DNA of 32,000 nucleotides from Candidatus Pelagibacter ubique HTCC1062 (lineage in GTDB: Bacteria > Pseudomonadota > Alphaproteobacteria > Pelagibacterales > Pelagibacteraceae). The notes under the pieces are model-generated. The model ran no database searches, was not told where the DNA came from, and worked only from the letters and a program-made list of their open reading frames with translations. The position numbers and the translations under genes are program-made. The stretch lies in assembly GCF_000012345.1 (NCBI RefSeq), contig NC_007205.1, positions 810,001-842,000 of the forward strand, given 5' to 3'. Positions within the stretch are counted from its first letter, which is position 1. Each line of letters opens with the position of its first letter. This document shows positions 25,183-32,000 of this stretch, piece by piece.

Positions 25183-26507
25183 TGGAAATTTTTTCACAAG
25201 AATTAATTGGAGCAATAATGATAGGAGTAATGCTATTTGCTATCTTTATTGGTTTTCCTATTTCATTTACATTAATATTTTTAGGTCTTGTGTTTGGTTA
25301 TTGGGGTTTTGGAAAGTTAGTTTTTTATTTAATGACCCTACAGTTTAATATGATTATGACGGAAAGTACGCTGGTTGCCGTCCCACTCTTTATATTTATG
25401 GGCATATTAATGGAATCTGCAGGTCTTATGGAAAGACTATTTTCAGCCATACAATTAATGCTATCTAGAACAAGGGGTGCATTATTTTATGCAGTTATGT
25501 TTGTGTCTACAATTTTTGCTGCTGCAACAGGAATAGTTGGGGCATCAGTAACAATCCTTGGAATCATGGCAGGTAAAACTATGATTAAATCTGGATACGA
25601 TACTAGATTATCTGCAGGCTTAATATGTGCCGGAGGAACTCTTGGAATTTTAATTCCACCAAGCATTATGTTAGTGGTAATGGGGCCTGTTTTAGAAATC
25701 CCAGTAACAGATTTATTTGCTGCAGCAATAATTCCAGGAATAATGTTGGCAGTTCTTTATGCTCTTTACACCACTGTTAGATGTTATTTTGATCCAAAAC
25801 TTGGTCCAATTTTACCAAAAAGTATGCAACCAAAAAGTATGGGTAAAGTTTGGGTAGAATTCTTTTTAGGGTTAGTACCGCCTGCGGGATTAGTATTTTT
25901 TGCTCTAGGTAGCATATTATTTGGTTTAGCAACACCTACTGAAGGTGCCGGTATTGGAGCTATTGGATCTTTGTTACTTGCTTTAGCATATAAAAAATTA
26001 ACTTTAAAAACTTTAAAAAATTCTTTAATTAAAACTTTAGAGATTACTGCATTGATAATGTTTTTAGTTGCTGCATCGAATTTCTTTGGAGCAGTTTTTT
26101 CAAAATTAGGAACACCATCTTTATTAACTGAATTTTTATTAAACTTAGAAGTTAACAGATATGTTATTTTAGCTATACTAATGGCAGTAATTTTCTTGTT
26201 AGGTTGGCCTTTAGAGTGGGTACCAATAGTTCTTATTGTATTACCAATATTTGTTCCATTGATTAAAGAATTAGACTTCAACTTGACTTGGTTTGCAATA
26301 CTTGTAGCTGTGAATTTACAGACCGCCTGGTTATCTCCACCTGTAGCTCTATCTGCGTATTTTTTAAAAGGTGTTGTGCCAGAATGGGAACTTAAAGATA
26401 TTTATCTTGGTATGATGCAGTTTATGGGAATACAGCTTTTAGGTTTAATTTTGATCATCGCATTTCCTCAAATTGCACTTTGGTTACCTAGCGTAATGTA
26501 CCCTTAA
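25173..26507 (+). CDS. dctM: TRAP transporter large permease subunit (DctM-like)
   Basis: 444 aa and polytopic, with typical DctM-like stretches (VAVPLFIFMGILMESAGL, GTLGILIPPSIMLVV). Start is either ATG 25173 (10-nt overlap with dctQ) or ATG 25182 (TAATG, 1-nt overlap). Confidence 0.85.
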   Translation: MAIMEIFSQELIGAIMIGVMLFAIFIGFPISFTLIFLGLVFGYWGFGKLVFYLMTLQFNMIMTESTLVAVPLFIFMGILMESAGLMERLFSAIQLMLSRTRGALFYAVMFVSTIFAAATGIVGASVTILGIMAGKTMIKSGYDTRLSAGLICAGGTLGILIPPSIMLVVMGPVLEIPVTDLFAAAIIPGIMLAVLYALYTTVRCYFDPKLGPILPKSMQPKSMGKVWVEFFLGLVPPAGLVFFALGSILFGLATPTEGAGIGAIGSLLLALAYKKLTLKTLKNSLIKTLEITALIMFLVAASNFFGAVFSKLGTPSLLTEFLLNLEVNRYVILAILMAVIFLLGWPLEWVPIVLIVLPIFVPLIKELDFNLTWFAILVAVNLQTAWLSPPVALSAYFLKGVVPEWELKDIYLGMMQFMGIQLLGLILIIAFPQIALWLPSVMYP

Positions 26508-26511
26508 GAGT

Positions 26512-27402
26512 TTATTTTTTATTTATATAAGGAATTACAGTTCCAACTAAAATAATTCCCAATGAAATAAATATCTTTAAAGTAATTTCTGCATCAATTA
26601 CTACCCAGGCAGATAAAGCTCCTATGGGCCCTGTTAAAGGATACATAAGACTAATTCTTCCTATTGGAACCCTTCTCAAGGCATAATTATAAAATAAATA
26701 AGAACCAAAAGTTATAAAAGATAAAGTGATTGCAGCTATTACTGATGGTGTAAATTCTAAATGAAATGAATATCCAAAGGTAGAGTTAGGCCAAATAATA
26801 AATAATATTAAAAATGATAAAATGAAACCAGTAAAATATTGGTAAGTATTTACACCTAGCTGGTTAACATTAGTTTGCATTTTTTTTCTACCAATAACTT
26901 CATTAATTGAAGCCAAAGTCATTCCTGCAAAAATAATAAAGTCCCCAATATAATTTCCCTGACCAATAATAGTTTGACTTGATAAGAGGATATAAGTTCC
27001 AATAATTGTTATAAAAGCTCCTATTAAAACCTTTATCTCAATTTTTTCATTTAAAAATATTTTAGCAACAAAAGGTTGCATGATTGGCATTGTACTTATA
27101 ATAGCAACACCATTAATAGGCGACGTAAGCATTAAACCTACATGGAATGCTAATGTTACAAGAAAAGGGTTTAGCAAACCCATCAAGAAAGGTGCTAGAC
27201 CTATTTTTTTAATTGACAAGTCAACTCTCATTATTAAAGCAAAAGTTAACATAAGCAAAAAAGCAATTGCAAACCTTACAGCTAGTAAATCAACAATTTG
27301 AAATTCTTCTAGAGCAAGTTTTACAAACGGAGGACCTGAGCCAAAACCAATTACAGCAAGAAACATTGCCAAGTAACCAATATTTTTTTTAAGAAAGAGC
27401 AT
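26512..27402 (-). CDS. DMT-superfamily (EamA-like) transporter
   Basis: About 296 aa with roughly ten hydrophobic segments in two similar halves, and an EamA-like N-terminus (AVIGFGSGPPFVKLALEEF). Start set at ATG 27402; the track uses TTG 27411. Confidence 0.65.
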   Translation of the reverse strand: MLFLKKNIGYLAMFLAVIGFGSGPPFVKLALEEFQIVDLLAVRFAIAFLLMLTFALIMRVDLSIKKIGLAPFLMGLLNPFLVTLAFHVGLMLTSPINGVAIISTMPIMQPFVAKIFLNEKIEIKVLIGAFITIIGTYILLSSQTIIGQGNYIGDFIIFAGMTLASINEVIGRKKMQTNVNQLGVNTYQYFTGFILSFLILFIIWPNSTFGYSFHLEFTPSVIAAITLSFITFGSYLFYNYALRRVPIGRISLMYPLTGPIGALSAWVVIDAEITLKIFISLGIILVGTVIPYINKK

Positions 27403-27473
27403 TAGATCCAAAATACTATTACAAATGAAAAAAAAAGATATTCCATTTTAACTTATTAGTTTATTATTTATTA

Positions 27474-28931
27474 GTGATTCAGCGTAAAAATAAAATTAAT
27501 CTTATTAACTGGGAATTAGTGTCAGTTAACCCAAATGATAAAACTTGGAATTGGAAGGATATTTTTTGCTTTTGGGGCATTAATATACAAAGTGTTATTG
27601 CTTTTTCCTTAATAGCATCATTGTATCTTGTTTATGACTTAAACATTGCAGTTGTTTTTTTAGGAAGTTTAATTGGTTCTCTTCTAGTTTATTTTTTAGC
27701 TAACTTGATAGGAAAACCCTCTCAAAAATATGGTCTTCCATTTCCCGTTATCTTAAGGACTTCATTGGGTGTGTTTGGGGCAAAATATTTTTCTTTAATA
27801 AGAGGTCTTGTTGGTATCTTCATGTTTGGAATTCAAACATATTTTTTATCAAAAGCATTTAGTTATTTAATTCGAATATTTTTCTTTTCGGTTGATAATA
27901 CTTTCCTTCAGCATGATATTTTTTTAATTTTTGTTTCAGGTCTTAACATTATTGATTGGGCTGCTTTTTTAATAGCAATTCTATTACAATCTTTTTTATT
28001 CAGTAAAAGTCATAAATTTAATAAGCTAATTATTAATTATTCAGCAATAACAGTTTACACAGGGATGCTATTATTTTTTTTTGTTGTACTTCTCTTAGAT
28101 GTTAAGGAGGTTTCAAGATCATTTGCTGACATTTTTACTTATAGCAATATATTTCTTAAGAGTAATATTGCTCCCTTGATTACTGTAGTTGGAATAGTAT
28201 TTGCTTACTTTTCAATTATTCTTGTAAATTTTGGAGACTTTGCCCGTTACGTTAAAGATGAAGAGGAATTAAAAAAAGGTAATTTGAGTTTATTTTTAAA
28301 TCTTATTATATTTTCATTTTTTGCTGTATTTATAGTTGTCGGGGCTGATGTAATTTTTCATCAGAAACTTGAGGAAATTGGAAAGATACTTACAAATCCT
28401 ACAGATATTATAGGAACTTTAGATAACACTATTATAACTGTAATAGTTTTATTTTTTATTATTGTAGCTTCAGCATCTACTAATCTAATTGCAAATTATG
28501 TGCCTGCTCAAAATTCTTTGTTAAATTTTTTTCCAAGTAAACTTAATCTAAAAACTTCCTCTTATATAATTATTATTTTTGGATTTATAATTGGTATTTT
28601 TTGGTTACCATTATTAAGTCAGATAGGAATTTTATCTTTTATTGATACATTTGCTGCATTTTTTGGACCTCTTTTTGGTGTTATAATCATAGATTATTAT
28701 TTAGTTAAAAAATCAAACTTAGATAATAAAGATATACTTTCAGCAGAACCTGATGGAGTTTACTTTTACTCTAATGGATGGCATATAAAAGCGGTATACT
28801 CTATTACTCTAGGTTTTATTTTTGCTGCTTCAACAATTTGGAATGAAAGTTTAATGAATTTTAATTCTTACTCTTGGTTAATTGGTGCTTTTGTCTCTTC
28901 ATTGACTTACTATTTATTAACAAGTAAATAA
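27474..28931 (+). CDS. NCS1-family (nucleobase/hydantoin/vitamin:cation symporter-1) transporter
   Basis: 485 aa with about 12 TM segments. The N-terminal NWKDIFCFWGINIQSVIAFSLIA and overall layout resemble the cytosine/allantoin/hydantoin permease family. GTG at 27474 is the only plausible start (no in-frame ATG nearby). Confidence 0.65.
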   Translation: MIQRKNKINLINWELVSVNPNDKTWNWKDIFCFWGINIQSVIAFSLIASLYLVYDLNIAVVFLGSLIGSLLVYFLANLIGKPSQKYGLPFPVILRTSLGVFGAKYFSLIRGLVGIFMFGIQTYFLSKAFSYLIRIFFFSVDNTFLQHDIFLIFVSGLNIIDWAAFLIAILLQSFLFSKSHKFNKLIINYSAITVYTGMLLFFFVVLLLDVKEVSRSFADIFTYSNIFLKSNIAPLITVVGIVFAYFSIILVNFGDFARYVKDEEELKKGNLSLFLNLIIFSFFAVFIVVGADVIFHQKLEEIGKILTNPTDIIGTLDNTIITVIVLFFIIVASASTNLIANYVPAQNSLLNFFPSKLNLKTSSYIIIIFGFIIGIFWLPLLSQIGILSFIDTFAAFFGPLFGVIIIDYYLVKKSNLDNKDILSAEPDGVYFYSNGWHIKAVYSITLGFIFAASTIWNESLMNFNSYSWLIGAFVSSLTYYLLTSK

Positions 28932-28935
28932 TTTC

Positions 28936-29682
28936 ATGCATCAATTTGATTTAAAAAATAAAACAGCAATTATCACCGGTGGTGCACAAGGTTTTGGTTT
29001 AGATATTGCTAAACGGTTTTTAAAGTCAGGAACAAAAGCTATTATCTGGGACATCGATGAAGAAGAATTAAAAAAAGCTGTTAAAGCTGTGAACGATCCA
29101 AATCTTTCATATAATGTTGTTGACGTATCTGATTTCAAAAATGTCAAAGATACAGTTGATGAAATAGCAAAATCTTCAAATATTGATATTTTAATTAATA
29201 ATGCAGGTATTACTGGGTCTACGTCTTCACTTTGGGATTACGATGTAGTTGAATGGAATAAAATAATAGAAATTAACTTAATGGGTACATTTAACTGTTG
29301 TAAATGTGTGGTGCCTTATATGATTAAAAATGATTATGGTAGAATAGTTAATGTTGCTTCTGTTGCTGGAAAAGATGGTAATGCAAACGCAAGCGCTTAT
29401 AGTTCAGCAAAAGCGGGTGTTATTGGTTTAACAAAATCGCTAGGAAAAGAACTGGCTGATAAGAATATAGCTGTAAATGCTGTCACTCCAGCAGGAGCTA
29501 AAACAAGAATTCTTGATCAAATGTCAAAAGAACATGTTGCCAGAATGCTTTCTAAGGTTCCTAGAGGTAGATTTTTGGAGATAGAAGAGTTTACTTCATT
29601 AATTTGTTGGCTAGCTTCAGAAGAAAACTCATTTTCAACAGCAGCTGTTTTTGATATTAGTGGTGGTCGTTCTACTTACTAA
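28936..29682 (+). CDS. Short-chain dehydrogenase/reductase (SDR), copy 2 of the paralogous pair
   Basis: 248 aa with TGGAQGFG, NNAG and YSSAK. It begins 4 nt after the NCS1 stop. 144 of 249 aligned positions are identical to the SDR at 5628..6377 (my hand alignment). Confidence 0.85.
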   Translation: MHQFDLKNKTAIITGGAQGFGLDIAKRFLKSGTKAIIWDIDEEELKKAVKAVNDPNLSYNVVDVSDFKNVKDTVDEIAKSSNIDILINNAGITGSTSSLWDYDVVEWNKIIEINLMGTFNCCKCVVPYMIKNDYGRIVNVASVAGKDGNANASAYSSAKAGVIGLTKSLGKELADKNIAVNAVTPAGAKTRILDQMSKEHVARMLSKVPRGRFLEIEEFTSLICWLASEENSFSTAAVFDISGGRSTY

Positions 29683-29791
29683 CTAGCACTTTAGAATCAA
29701 TATTAAGAGACTTACTTTCTTTAGAAATAACTGGTGCCAGTAGAATTATGGACCAATATATTAATAAAACAAATATAGAAATTAATTTCAT
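29672..29791 (-). CDS. Candidate 39-aa small membrane/secreted peptide (below ORF-track cutoff)
   Basis: My translation gives MKLISIFVLLIYWSIILLAPVISKESKSLNIDSKVLVSK, with a hydrophobic N-terminal half. It lies in the longest spacer of the window and its end overlaps the SDR end by 11 nt. No homology evidence; it could be chance. Confidence 0.2.
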   Translation of the reverse strand: MKLISIFVLLIYWSIILLAPVISKESKSLNIDSKVLVSK

Positions 29792-29883
29792 TCTATTTAT
29801 ATAGTATCCAATATTGATAATTTAATGATTAAAGTGTGTTCAAATATTGTTTTAAAATTTAATTTAGATATACCCCCATACTG

Positions 29884-30525
29884 ATGAAATTTTTTTTAAT
29901 ATTATTAGGATATTTATTTTTAATAACAAAACCTTTGTTAGCTGAAAATGTTTACGTTTTTGATTTTACTAACAATGAGCTAAATACATTAAAAGTTAAA
30001 AAAGTTAAAGGAGAGACCAGCTGGAAAGTTGGGTCTAACGAAAATGGTAACTTTATAAGAGCAGAGGCTGAAGGTGTTGGGTCAGGCTTGGGAAAAGAAA
30101 TTAAAATTGATCTTAATAAAACTCCTTTTATTAATATTACATGGAAAGTTGAGAAAGATTTATCTGGAATTATAGAAAATAGTAAAAAAGGGCACGATTA
30201 TGCCGCTAGAGTTTTTGTAATAAAGAAAACAGGTTCTACACCATTATCTAACAGGGCAATTAATTATATTTTTTCAAGTAATAATGATGTTGGAAAATAT
30301 TGGCCAAGTCCATATACAAAAAAATCTATTGATTATGTTCTCTCAACTACAAAAAATAACAAAAATACATGGGTTACTGTTAAAGCAAATGTGCAAAAAG
30401 ATTTTAAGAAACTTCATGAAATTGATGTTACAGAAATTTCAGGTATTGCTATAATGACTGACACTGATAATTCGAAATTAAAAGCTATATCTTATTATCA
30501 AGATATTTATTTTTCAGCTGAATAA
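29884..30525 (+). CDS. Secreted protein of unknown function, DUF3047-like
   Basis: 213 aa with signal peptide MKFFLILLGYLFLITKPLLA. The motifs GHDYAARVFVI and IAIMTDTDNS resemble the conserved (D)DYAARVYV and ALMTDsDNT blocks I remember for DUF3047. Recall-based. Confidence 0.45.
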   Translation: MKFFLILLGYLFLITKPLLAENVYVFDFTNNELNTLKVKKVKGETSWKVGSNENGNFIRAEAEGVGSGLGKEIKIDLNKTPFINITWKVEKDLSGIIENSKKGHDYAARVFVIKKTGSTPLSNRAINYIFSSNNDVGKYWPSPYTKKSIDYVLSTTKNNKNTWVTVKANVQKDFKKLHEIDVTEISGIAIMTDTDNSKLKAISYYQDIYFSAE

Positions 30526-30527
30526 GA

Positions 30528-30665
30528 TTATTTAAATACTTTTTTAAGACCAATACTTAAAAAAGATAAAAGTACCGCAACAATTACATCTTCAATGGGT
30601 GCAGCATTAGGGACCAAATAATTCCAAGCAATTACACCTAAAAGCCAAGTTATATAAACTTTCAT
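30528..30665 (-). CDS. Hypothetical small membrane protein (45 aa)
   Basis: MKVYITWLLGVIAWNYLVPNAAPIEDVIVAVLLSFLSIGLKKVFK has two hydrophobic segments. The track ORF (GTG 30743) would overlap the ybgC start; ATG 30665 avoids this. Confidence 0.3.
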   Translation of the reverse strand: MKVYITWLLGVIAWNYLVPNAAPIEDVIVAVLLSFLSIGLKKVFK

Positions 30666-30722
30666 TGTTATATTATATCTTAGTTTGATGTTAAAAATAT
30701 TTATTTTTGATAGTATAAATTC

Positions 30723-31148
30723 ATGCACAAAAATTTTTTTCACAATATAAAGGTTTATTATGAAGACACTGATGCTGGTGGTGTTGTTTATTATGCGAAC
30801 TATTTGAAGTTTCTTGAAAGAGCAAGAACAGAAGCATTGTTTACAATCGGTTTTAATAATAAAAAAATTAAAGAAGATTATGGAGCCTTAATTGTTGTTA
30901 AATCTTGTAACATTGAGTACAAAAAACCCTCTTATCTTGAAGACGAGTTAAAAATTAGATCCTTTGTTAAATCTATTACAAAGACTTCTTTTTTTATGTC
31001 ACAATTTATTTCTAGAGATGAAGAATTAATTGTTGAGGCAAAAGTACATTTAGTTTTTGTAGATAAAAATGGAAAACCTATAAAAGTTCCAGAGGACATT
31101 TTCAAAGATTTTAAACCTTATTTTTGCGATAACATTAAAATTAAATAA
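30723..31148 (+). CDS. ybgC: YbgC/4-hydroxybenzoyl-CoA-thioesterase-family acyl-CoA thioesterase (hotdog fold)
   Basis: 141 aa. VYYEDTDAGGVVYYANYLKFLERARTEAL is the signature N-terminal block of YbgC/4HBT thioesterases, including the catalytic Asp in YEDTD. Confidence 0.8.
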   Translation: MHKNFFHNIKVYYEDTDAGGVVYYANYLKFLERARTEALFTIGFNNKKIKEDYGALIVVKSCNIEYKKPSYLEDELKIRSFVKSITKTSFFMSQFISRDEELIVEAKVHLVFVDKNGKPIKVPEDIFKDFKPYFCDNIKIK

Positions 31149-31815
31149 TTTTCTTAGCCTTCTTTAACAAGCTTACCATTTTTTGTGTATTAATTATTTT
31201 TCTATTAACATTTCTTGGACTAGGGTGATAACTAGGAATTAGAATTTTATTATCTGGTAATAAATATTTTACACCATGTATGAAGATTAATTTTTTATCA
31301 AAATGATAATTTTTTTTATAAAATTCTATACAATTATCAAATGAAACTTTACCTAACGCTATAATAACTTTTAAATTTTTTAATAAGATCAATTCATTTT
31401 TAAAAAATGTTGAACAGTTGATTAATTCATTTTTTAAAGGTTTATCTTCTGGAGGGACACATTTAAGAATATTTGTAATATAGGTTTTATTTAATTTTAA
31501 ACCATCATCAATATGCGTAGAAGTTGATCTATTCGATATGTTAGCTTTAAATAAACAGTTAAATAGAAAATCTCCAGATTTATCTCCAGTGAAGGCTCTG
31601 CCTGTCCTAGTACCTCCATGAGCTGCAGGTGCTAGACCTACTATTAATAGTTTAGCGTTAATATCACCAAATCCTGTAACTGGTTTAGCCCAATAAGTTT
31701 CTTTCATATTTTGTTTTCTTTTTTTTACAGAAATTTTTTTACTAAATTCAATTAACCTAGGACAACTTTTACATTTAACTATTGAATTATTTAATTTTTT
31801 GAATTTTATACTCAT
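31141..31815 (-). CDS. Uracil-DNA glycosylase superfamily, family 4/5 (UdgB-like), Fe-S type
   Basis: 224 aa with CKSCPRL cysteines. Motif A is GLAPAAHGGTRTGRAFTGD (GLAPA rather than GEAPG, pointing to family 5) and motif B is YHPSPRNVN. It overlaps the ybgC end by 8 nt (convergent). Confidence 0.75.
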   Translation of the reverse strand: MSIKFKKLNNSIVKCKSCPRLIEFSKKISVKKRKQNMKETYWAKPVTGFGDINAKLLIVGLAPAAHGGTRTGRAFTGDKSGDFLFNCLFKANISNRSTSTHIDDGLKLNKTYITNILKCVPPEDKPLKNELINCSTFFKNELILLKNLKVIIALGKVSFDNCIEFYKKNYHFDKKLIFIHGVKYLLPDNKILIPSYHPSPRNVNRKIINTQKMVSLLKKAKKII

Positions 31816-31817
31816 AT

Positions 31818-32000
31818 ATGCAATTTATAAAATTTTTTTTATTAATACTTTTATCTTTCAATATTTCAGTAAAAGCAAATTCAAATGATGAAATACAAAG
31901 TTTGTTAAAAGAAGGTAAAAAATTAATATTTATAAGACATGCAATTGCACCAGGTGGAGGTGATCCGTTAGATTTTGATATATTAAATTGTGAAACCCAA
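31818..32000 (+). CDS. Secreted histidine-phosphatase (phosphoglycerate-mutase-like) family protein, N-terminal fragment; continues beyond the right edge
   Basis: Not in the ORF track (no stop). My translation from ATG 31818 gives MQFIKFFLLILLSFNISVKANSNDEIQSLLKEGKKLIFIRHAIAPGGGDPLDFDILNCETQ. It is signal-like, followed by the RHA..PG catalytic-His motif of the histidine phosphatase superfamily. Confidence 0.5.
   Translation, partial: MQFIKFFLLILLSFNISVKANSNDEIQSLLKEGKKLIFIRHAIAPGGGDPLDFDILNCETQ

Noticed and set aside
25784-26281. 165-aa minus-strand ORF in the supplied track
   Set aside because: It lies entirely antisense to the well-supported 444-aa TRAP large permease. Its translation is low-complexity (K/N/I/P-rich) with no recognisable motif, start context or partner genes. 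It is a typical shadow ORF.
27403-27473. TPP (THI-box) or other riboswitch upstream of the NCS1 transporter, since some NCS1 carriers import thiamine precursors
   Set aside because: Only 71 nt of almost pure A/T lie between the divergent starts. That is too short, and it lacks the conserved G/C-containing cores (for example CUGAGA) of a TPP aptamer.
1375-29147. Remaining short track ORFs at 1375..1596(+), 3388..3570(-), 10227..10451(+), 15659..15913(+), 16781..17029(+), 20022..20231(-), 20701..20892(-), 27080..27301(+), 28941..29147(-)
   Set aside because: Each is nested antisense in a longer ORF with strong family motifs (SuyB-like, xsc, ybbA, SDR, TerC/GMC, SDR, SDR/ALDH, DMT, SDR). All are 60-84 aa with no recognisable features. 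I treat them as non-coding.
1-32000. Mobile elements, prophage, CRISPR arrays, toxin-antitoxin or known defence systems; long direct/inverted repeats; RNA genes
   Set aside because: There are no integrase/transposase/recombinase-like ORFs, no repeat-spacer periodicity, and no small paired ORFs of TA type. No tRNA-like GC-rich segments occur in any spacer. Every ORF over 90 aa has a plausible housekeeping/metabolic family assignment. Repeat detection was by eye only and should be repeated computationally.

Overview
This is a very AT-rich (roughly 30% GC by eye), extremely gene-dense chromosomal segment. By my own tally only about 1.15 kb of 32 kb (~3.6%) is non-coding, and many neighbouring genes abut or overlap. 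I found no rRNA or tRNA genes, transposases, integrases, phage genes, CRISPR arrays or recognisable defence genes. The architecture and gene content (Xsc, TRAP and NCS1 transporters, many small oxidoreductases) fit a streamlined marine alphaproteobacterium of the SAR11/Pelagibacterales type; that assignment is inference. From left to right the window holds: (1) an organosulfonate desulfonation locus, with a YeiH/PSE-type exporter fragment and a SuyAB-like sulfolactate sulfo-lyase divergent from xsc; (2) co-directional with xsc, a type I Baeyer-Villiger monooxygenase, an SDR and a PuuB-like FAD amine oxidoreductase; (3) a ybbP-ybbA-type ABC exporter whose start codon overlaps that of a divergent tesA-like SGNH esterase; (4) a SAF-domain dehydrogenase and an M24-fold hydrolase with non-canonical ligand positions; (5) a five-gene minus-strand string with no spacers (GMC oxidoreductase, TerC, SDR, M23 peptidase, MhpD-like hydratase); (6) a secreted FKBP-rhodanese fusion; (7) an HxlR regulator divergent from SDR-ALDH-HIBADH, followed by a TRAP transporter with the only clear intrinsic terminator, placed between the binding-protein and permease genes; (8) DMT and NCS1 transporters and a second copy (~58% identical) of the xsc-linked SDR; (9) a DUF3047-like secreted protein, a YbgC thioesterase, a family 4/5 uracil-DNA glycosylase and a histidine-phosphatase fragment. 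The best candidate for an undescribed system is metabolic: the xsc-linked BVMO/SDR/amine-oxidoreductase cluster. I did not find a convincing non-metabolic novel system. All family calls come from motif recognition by eye, not from searches.
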